Below, piece by piece: positions 60,414-64,000 of a stretch of DNA of 64,000 bases. How positions within the stretch are numbered: position 1 is the first letter of the stretch; every line of letters starts with the position of its first letter. Under the pieces are notes generated by a model. It ran no database searches and was not told the origin of the DNA. It saw only the letters and a program-made list of their open reading frames with translations. The position numbers and the translations under genes were made by a program. The DNA is from Bacilli bacterium (GTDB lineage: Bacteria; Bacillota_I; Bacilli_A; RF39; UBA660), in assembly GCA_045125935.1 (NCBI GenBank), contig JBGVNW010000068.1:55323-119322 (forward strand), written 5' to 3'.

Positions 60414-60833
60414 ATGAAAACTCAAATCAAAGTAACAGCATTAGAACACGAAGAATTAGTAGATTTGCTATCAACAGCACTTTACGGAAGTTCTTGGTTC
60501 GGAGCAGGTTATAATAAAGATAAGTATAATGCTATCAAAGAAAAACATGGCGAATGCTTTGAAGATGCACTGGCAGATATGCTGATCGCTGGGCATAAGA
60601 TTGAGATTACAGATTTTGAAGCAGAAGGTGAAAAGTATTCTAATAAGTTTGTGAGATTTGATGGTAAGTATGAAAGTGCTGTTTATGAAGTTGGTTTGGA
60701 AGATTTTCTTAAAGTCGCATCTACTAAACGAGGATATCAATTAGTTGATGATGTGCTATCAGGTGAAGGTGATTATTGGACAGCAGACGCTTTCCTTCAA
60801 CGAGTTGTGTTTGGTGAAGAAGTGTATGGATAA
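60414..60833 (+). CDS. hypothetical protein (139 aa)
   Basis: ORF track. Confidence 0.6.
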   Translation: MKTQIKVTALEHEELVDLLSTALYGSSWFGAGYNKDKYNAIKEKHGECFEDALADMLIAGHKIEITDFEAEGEKYSNKFVRFDGKYESAVYEVGLEDFLKVASTKRGYQLVDDVLSGEGDYWTADAFLQRVVFGEEVYG

Positions 60834-60896
60834 TCTTTATCTTTATTATTAAATTTATTTATATAAACCGATATAAGTGAAAGTATATCGGGTTCC

Positions 60897-60938
60897 GAAT
60901 GAGCATCGTCGTGAAGATGAGGTTCATTCTTTTTTTTT
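60897..60938 (+). terminator. intrinsic terminator (CATCGTCG..GATGAGG family)
   Basis: GAATGAGCATCGTC-GTGA-AGATGAGGTTCATTC followed by T9. It is preceded by a second hairpin, CCGATATA..TATATCGG. Confidence 0.75.
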
Positions 60939-60982
60939 AAAAAAAAAAATAATTATTATTTTGAAAAAAAGTTCTCAAAAAA

Positions 60983-61014
60983 TTTGGTGGAATGAAAAAT
61001 ATGTTGTATCTTTG
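60983..61014 (+). promoter_or_regulatory. Bacteroidota-type promoter
   Basis: TTTG-N20-TATCTTTG. Confidence 0.7.
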
Positions 61015-61040
61015 TAGTGTAAAACTAAAACAACAACGAT

Positions 61041-61325
61041 ATGAAACGAAAAGACATCATCAACGAAGTAGAAAAAGCATTGGTTACAAGATATGCTTGG
61101 AATAAGAATTATGACAACGGCACTATGCTCACTCAATATGCAATTTACTACAACAAGAGAGCAAAAAAACCTCTCGGTTGGTTACAAGTCGGATATTATA
61201 TCGATAGCGATGAGGTAATTGGTGCAAGTATCGATTTTAACAATGCTGAAAGAACTGAAGTAGAAATCGAAAAAATTGAAGACATTGAAAAAATAATCCC
61301 AAATTTATTTGGAAAATCAAAATAA
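61041..61325 (+). CDS. hypothetical protein (94 aa)
   Basis: ORF track. Confidence 0.55.
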   Translation: MKRKDIINEVEKALVTRYAWNKNYDNGTMLTQYAIYYNKRAKKPLGWLQVGYYIDSDEVIGASIDFNNAERTEVEIEKIEDIEKIIPNLFGKSK

Positions 61326-61339
61326 AAACATTATCTTTG
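61308..61339 (+). promoter_or_regulatory. Bacteroidota-type promoter whose -33 box lies inside the upstream coding sequence
   Basis: TTTG(61308-11)-N20-TATCTTTG(61332-39). No palindrome is present here. Confidence 0.6.
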
Positions 61340-61376
61340 TAATAGAAAAATAAGTTAAACTAAAAACATAAAAACA

Positions 61377-61709
61377 ATGAATTACAACGAAAAACTTGAA
61401 AGTCTTGCAAAAGAATTTGACGCAACTGTAAATCACGCAGTAGAAGTAATGGAAGAGTTTATGGCAACTGCTATCGAAAAAGAAGTAATGGATGCTATCA
61501 ACAGACTATCTCCTGAAGAAAAGGAAATGCTCTTGGTATTCACTATGCTCGACGAATTGATGCAATCTCAACCAGAACCAGAACCAGAAAAGGATGATGA
61601 TGATGACATCTGGGCAAAGATTTACAAGGAAGAAAAGGAACAAATGGAGCAAGAGCAATTGATGCAAAAACAAATCACAGAAGAAATGCTAAAATATCTA
61701 TTTAGATAG
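61377..61709 (+). CDS. hypothetical acidic protein (110 aa)
   Basis: ORF track. Confidence 0.6.
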   Translation: MNYNEKLESLAKEFDATVNHAVEVMEEFMATAIEKEVMDAINRLSPEEKEMLLVFTMLDELMQSQPEPEPEKDDDDDIWAKIYKEEKEQMEQEQLMQKQITEEMLKYLFR

Positions 61710-61716
61710 CAATATA

Positions 61717-61752
61717 TGTATCCTCCCTCAAATATTTGGGGGAGGACATACA
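61717..61752 (+). terminator. hairpin after 61377..61709
   Basis: TGTATCCTCCC...GGGAGGA(CA)TACA. An A-run and the palindrome follow. Confidence 0.4.
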
Positions 61753-61792
61753 AAAAAAAAATTATTATTTTGTTATATTTAAGTAGAAAACA

Positions 61793-61999
61793 ATGAAAGG
61801 GTGTTTAACATTAATAATAATTATAGCAATTCTTACCTGTTTGGTAGGTTGGATGTTTTCAACTGATTGTTTATTGCTGGAAATTTTGATAGCAATCATA
61901 TCATTTGTATTAATCATAGTTGCTGTAATCGTAGTAGGAATTGCAATAATATTTCTAATTGCATTTGCTATTTGGTTATTGATAGAAATCCTTTGGTAA
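61793..61999 (+). CDS. small two-TM membrane protein (68 aa)
   Basis: ORF track. Almost entirely hydrophobic. Confidence 0.5.
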   Translation: MKGCLTLIIIIAILTCLVGWMFSTDCLLLEILIAIISFVLIIVAVIVVGIAIIFLIAFAIWLLIEILW

Positions 62000-62020
62000 A
62001 AAAAAAATAATTATTATTTT

Positions 62021-62347
62021 ATGGAGAAATTTTTGAAAACAATTGGTGTTTGTGTTGTTGGATTGATAGCACTTTTCGTAAATGCTTTTGCGTTTCAAGT
62101 TTTTTGGAATGAAGTGATCCTAAATATCTGGCAGTTATTTGAACCTGTCGATGTAATTAATACAATGAAACTTTCGTATGGTGCATTTATTGTACTGGCA
62201 CTTGGTCTGGTGATGGTTCGTAGTAACAACAATAAAACAGAACCCGACAAAAATTACGAAGAAATTCTTAAAATTGCTATCGGAAAGATATTGACGAAGT
62301 TGGTTTATATTGGTCTAACATTATTAGCAGTAGCAATTATATTTTAA
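62021..62347 (+). CDS. membrane protein (108 aa)
   Basis: ORF track. Three hydrophobic segments. Confidence 0.55.
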   Translation: MEKFLKTIGVCVVGLIALFVNAFAFQVFWNEVILNIWQLFEPVDVINTMKLSYGAFIVLALGLVMVRSNNNKTEPDKNYEEILKIAIGKILTKLVYIGLTLLAVAIIF

Positions 62348-62535
62348 AGATGCGATAAATTGATATACCTTCCATGATAAAGAGTGATATAATGTGGTGA
62401 ACTCCGAGTAGGGAAATTGGCATATCAGGTGGATAATAATTTTGGAAAACCCACATTAAAGTCCATAACAATCAACCTTAATAAGACAAGCGCGATGTCG
62501 TGAGGAAGAATGATTCCACCCGCTCTTTTTTTTAT

Positions 62536-62636
62536 GACAATTTAGTAGTCAAGGCGACACACCTTATGCTTGATCAGGATCCCAGTTTTCTGTCAGCATA
62601 ATGGAAAGAGTGGTTCAATTCCACTAATTGTCACCA
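62536..62636 (+). ncRNA. tRNA-like element (101 nt) with a canonical acceptor stem, T-arm and encoded CCA but a non-canonical body
   Basis: GACAATT (62536-42) pairs with AATTGTC (62626-32). The T-arm is AGTGG-TTCAATT-CCACT, followed by A-CCA. G18G19 lie at the expected positions. However, the D-stem is poor, and the centre folds either as an irregular hairpin of about 12 bp or as a weak anticodon arm plus a 30-nt variable region. Confidence 0.35.
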
Positions 62637-62663
62637 AGTTTCATAGTTGTTTGTTTTTGTTGT

Positions 62664-62706
62664 GGTTGAGGTGCTGTCTTGAAAGATGACACCTCACCCT
62701 TTTTTT
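62664..62706 (+). terminator. intrinsic terminator after the tRNA-like element
   Basis: GGTTGAGGTGCTGTCTT..AAGATGACACCTCACCC followed by T7. Confidence 0.65.
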
Positions 62707-62746
62707 AAAAAAATAATTATTATTTTGAAAAAAAGTTGCCGAAAAA

Positions 62747-62778
62747 TTTGCGTAATTGAAAAATATGTTGTATCTTTG
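62747..62778 (+). promoter_or_regulatory. Bacteroidota-type promoter
   Basis: TTTG-N20-TATCTTTG. Confidence 0.7.
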
Positions 62779-62806
62779 TAGTGTAAAACTAAAACAACAA
62801 GTAATT

Positions 62807-63058
62807 ATGGAAAGTATCAGAAAACACATTTACAGTTGGTCTGAAGAAGGCAAGGTAAACCTCATCAATGAGTTGATGTCTTACATTGAACAATCTGAAA
62901 TCGGAGAGCAAATCGGATATATGGAGGAACTCAATGAAGTCAAAAGCAATTGGTGGAATTTGATTCATAGTGGAATTTACCACGATGCTATCGGTAAAGT
63001 AGTAGATGCTCAATTCAGAGGGTCGTTAATAATAGTAAATGTAGCAGAAGAATATTAA
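62807..63058 (+). CDS. hypothetical protein (83 aa)
   Basis: Track ORF 62756..63058 starts inside the promoter. I prefer the ATG at 62807 (MESIRKHIYSW...). Confidence 0.55.
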   Translation: MESIRKHIYSWSEEGKVNLINELMSYIEQSEIGEQIGYMEELNEVKSNWWNLIHSGIYHDAIGKVVDAQFRGSLIIVNVAEEY

Positions 63059-63095
63059 AAAATAATTATTATTTTGAAAAAAAGTTGCTGAAAAA

Positions 63096-63127
63096 TTTGG
63101 TAGATTGAAAAAAAAGCAGTAACTTTG
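63096..63127 (+). promoter_or_regulatory. Bacteroidota-type promoter (family B)
   Basis: TTTG-N20-TAACTTTG. Confidence 0.7.
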
Positions 63128-63176
63128 TAGTGTAAATAATAAACAAAGCAATTAACAACAATTAAATGAAATCGTT

Positions 63177-63383
63177 ATGAAAGCAAAAATTCAAACAATC
63201 GCAACAATCATAATAGGAGTAGTAGTAGCACTTCCTTGTGTTATGATATTCAATGACAACGAAAGTTTTTTGCCTAATTTTATTGGTATGGCATACTTCG
63301 CTGGTTTGATAGCATTTTGCAAATACACCAAACTCGGCAAACGCTTCGCTAAAAGGTTAGAAGAAATAAATGATAAATTTTGA
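63177..63383 (+). CDS. small membrane protein (68 aa)
   Basis: ORF track. Confidence 0.5.
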   Translation: MKAKIQTIATIIIGVVVALPCVMIFNDNESFLPNFIGMAYFAGLIAFCKYTKLGKRFAKRLEEINDKF

Positions 63384-63402
63384 AAAAAAAGTTACCGAAA
63401 AA

Positions 63403-63434
63403 TTTGGTAGTTACAAAAATAATCACTAACTTTG
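63403..63434 (+). promoter_or_regulatory. Bacteroidota-type promoter (family B, without a palindrome)
   Basis: TTTG-N20-TAACTTTG. Confidence 0.7.
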
Positions 63435-63478
63435 TAGCAGAAAAAAGAAACAATAACAACAACTAAATAATAGAAACT

Positions 63479-63925
63479 ATGACAAAGATTTATTTGACAA
63501 TCGCAGAAAGTCTTGGAACAGACAACGAATTTTCAACAGAAGTGTTCGTTTATATGACACCACAAGAAGCAGGCGAAATGGCATCATCGCTCATCGCCGA
63601 TATGATTAAAACAATGTATGACGGAGAGCAAGAAATCGATCCAACAAGACATTGGGAACTTGAAGGAGATGGATGGTTCTTTAGAGTGAGAGTTGAAGAA
63701 GCAAAAATCCCAGTAGAAGTGAAAAGAACAAAGAGATTTGCTTCAAACATTTCGTGGGACACGGACACCGAGTCTGAAACTATCTTCGACGTGCTCTATG
63801 TCAACGACTTGCCTTCATTGGTAGAAATCCCAGAGTGTGTAGATGATGAAAGCATCGCCGACTATCTGTCAGATGAATTTGGATTCACTGTAATGTCGTT
63901 TGTAATTAAACACGAAAATCTCTAA
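63479..63925 (+). CDS. hypothetical acidic protein (148 aa)
   Basis: ORF track. Confidence 0.6.
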   Translation: MTKIYLTIAESLGTDNEFSTEVFVYMTPQEAGEMASSLIADMIKTMYDGEQEIDPTRHWELEGDGWFFRVRVEEAKIPVEVKRTKRFASNISWDTDTESETIFDVLYVNDLPSLVEIPECVDDESIADYLSDEFGFTVMSFVIKHENL

Positions 63926-63934
63926 ATATAAAAA

Positions 63935-63967
63935 CTAATCGGGGGATATATGAAATCCCCCGATTAG
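63935..63967 (+). terminator. 13-bp hairpin after the last gene
   Basis: CTAATCGGGGGAT-ATATGAA-ATCCCCCGATTAG. A palindrome-like A/T run follows. Confidence 0.5.
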
Positions 63968-64000
63968 AAAAATAATAATTTTTTTTTCAAGAAACATATA

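Noticed and set aside
62536-62636. tmRNA (standard or two-piece) at the tRNA-like element
   Set aside because: The 5' acceptor strand is only about 85 nt from the T-arm. There is no room for a tag reading frame or pseudoknots, and I see no resume-codon/tag ORF ending in a double stop.
5710-62756. N-terminal extensions from TTG or GTG starts in the track (5710, 8139, 20252, 24594, 55922, 57561, 62756) and long overlaps (1107, 18651, 32229, 37252, 53886)
   Set aside because: The extended starts lie inside promoter -7 boxes or palindromes, or they overlap the preceding gene by 60-190 nt. An ATG just downstream of the leader or upstream stop gives the arrangement seen for the paralogs, so I moved the starts.
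481-63990. Could the regularly recurring AT palindromes be a CRISPR array or CRISPR-like repeats?
   Set aside because: The repeats are separated by whole genes (200-1600 bp), not by 25-40 bp spacers. They are A/T-only palindromes at stop codons. There are no cas genes other than the TnpB-like ones, and no tight repeat-spacer cluster anywhere in the window.

Overview
The window is strongly AT-rich and densely packed, and apart from one gene it is transcribed entirely from the + strand. It reads as an early or accessory region of a large virulent phage of a Bacteroidota host. The host call is an inference from more than 30 promoters that match the Bacteroides/Flavobacterium sigma-A consensus TTTG-N20-21-TAnnTTTG. 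I support about 135 short + strand CDS, mostly without recognisable function.

Recognisable products:
- flotillin/SPFH protein
- glucosaminidase-like peptidoglycan hydrolase
- radical-SAM protein
- YopX protein
- HAD-like hydrolase
- two DNA methyltransferases, one carrying an in-frame TGA
- two free-standing HNH endonucleases
- a sigma-70 family factor
- three TnpB/Cas12-like RuvC nucleases: one partial on the - strand at the left edge, one IS607-like copy with an HTH-only partner that is split at an A7 run, and one copy without a zinc finger

RNA genes: a tRNA cluster holds tRNA(CAU) and tRNA-Arg(UCU), each apparently interrupted by a group I (IC3-like) intron, plus an intact tRNA-Leu(UAA). 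A non-canonical tRNA-like element lies near 62.5 kb.

Non-coding architecture: an A/T-only palindrome (perfect form AAAATAATAATTATTATTTT) sits at about 55 gene ends. It is often fused to a hairpin/promoter cassette.

Sequence motifs: the heptamer GAYAGCA is heavily over-represented in all reading frames and on both strands from about 27 kb onward. It forms inverted pairs around CTGAAATC-containing spacers near the tRNA cluster.

Interrupted genes: several genes carry in-frame stops or homopolymer frameshifts.

I saw no rRNA, CRISPR array, integrase or structural genes.
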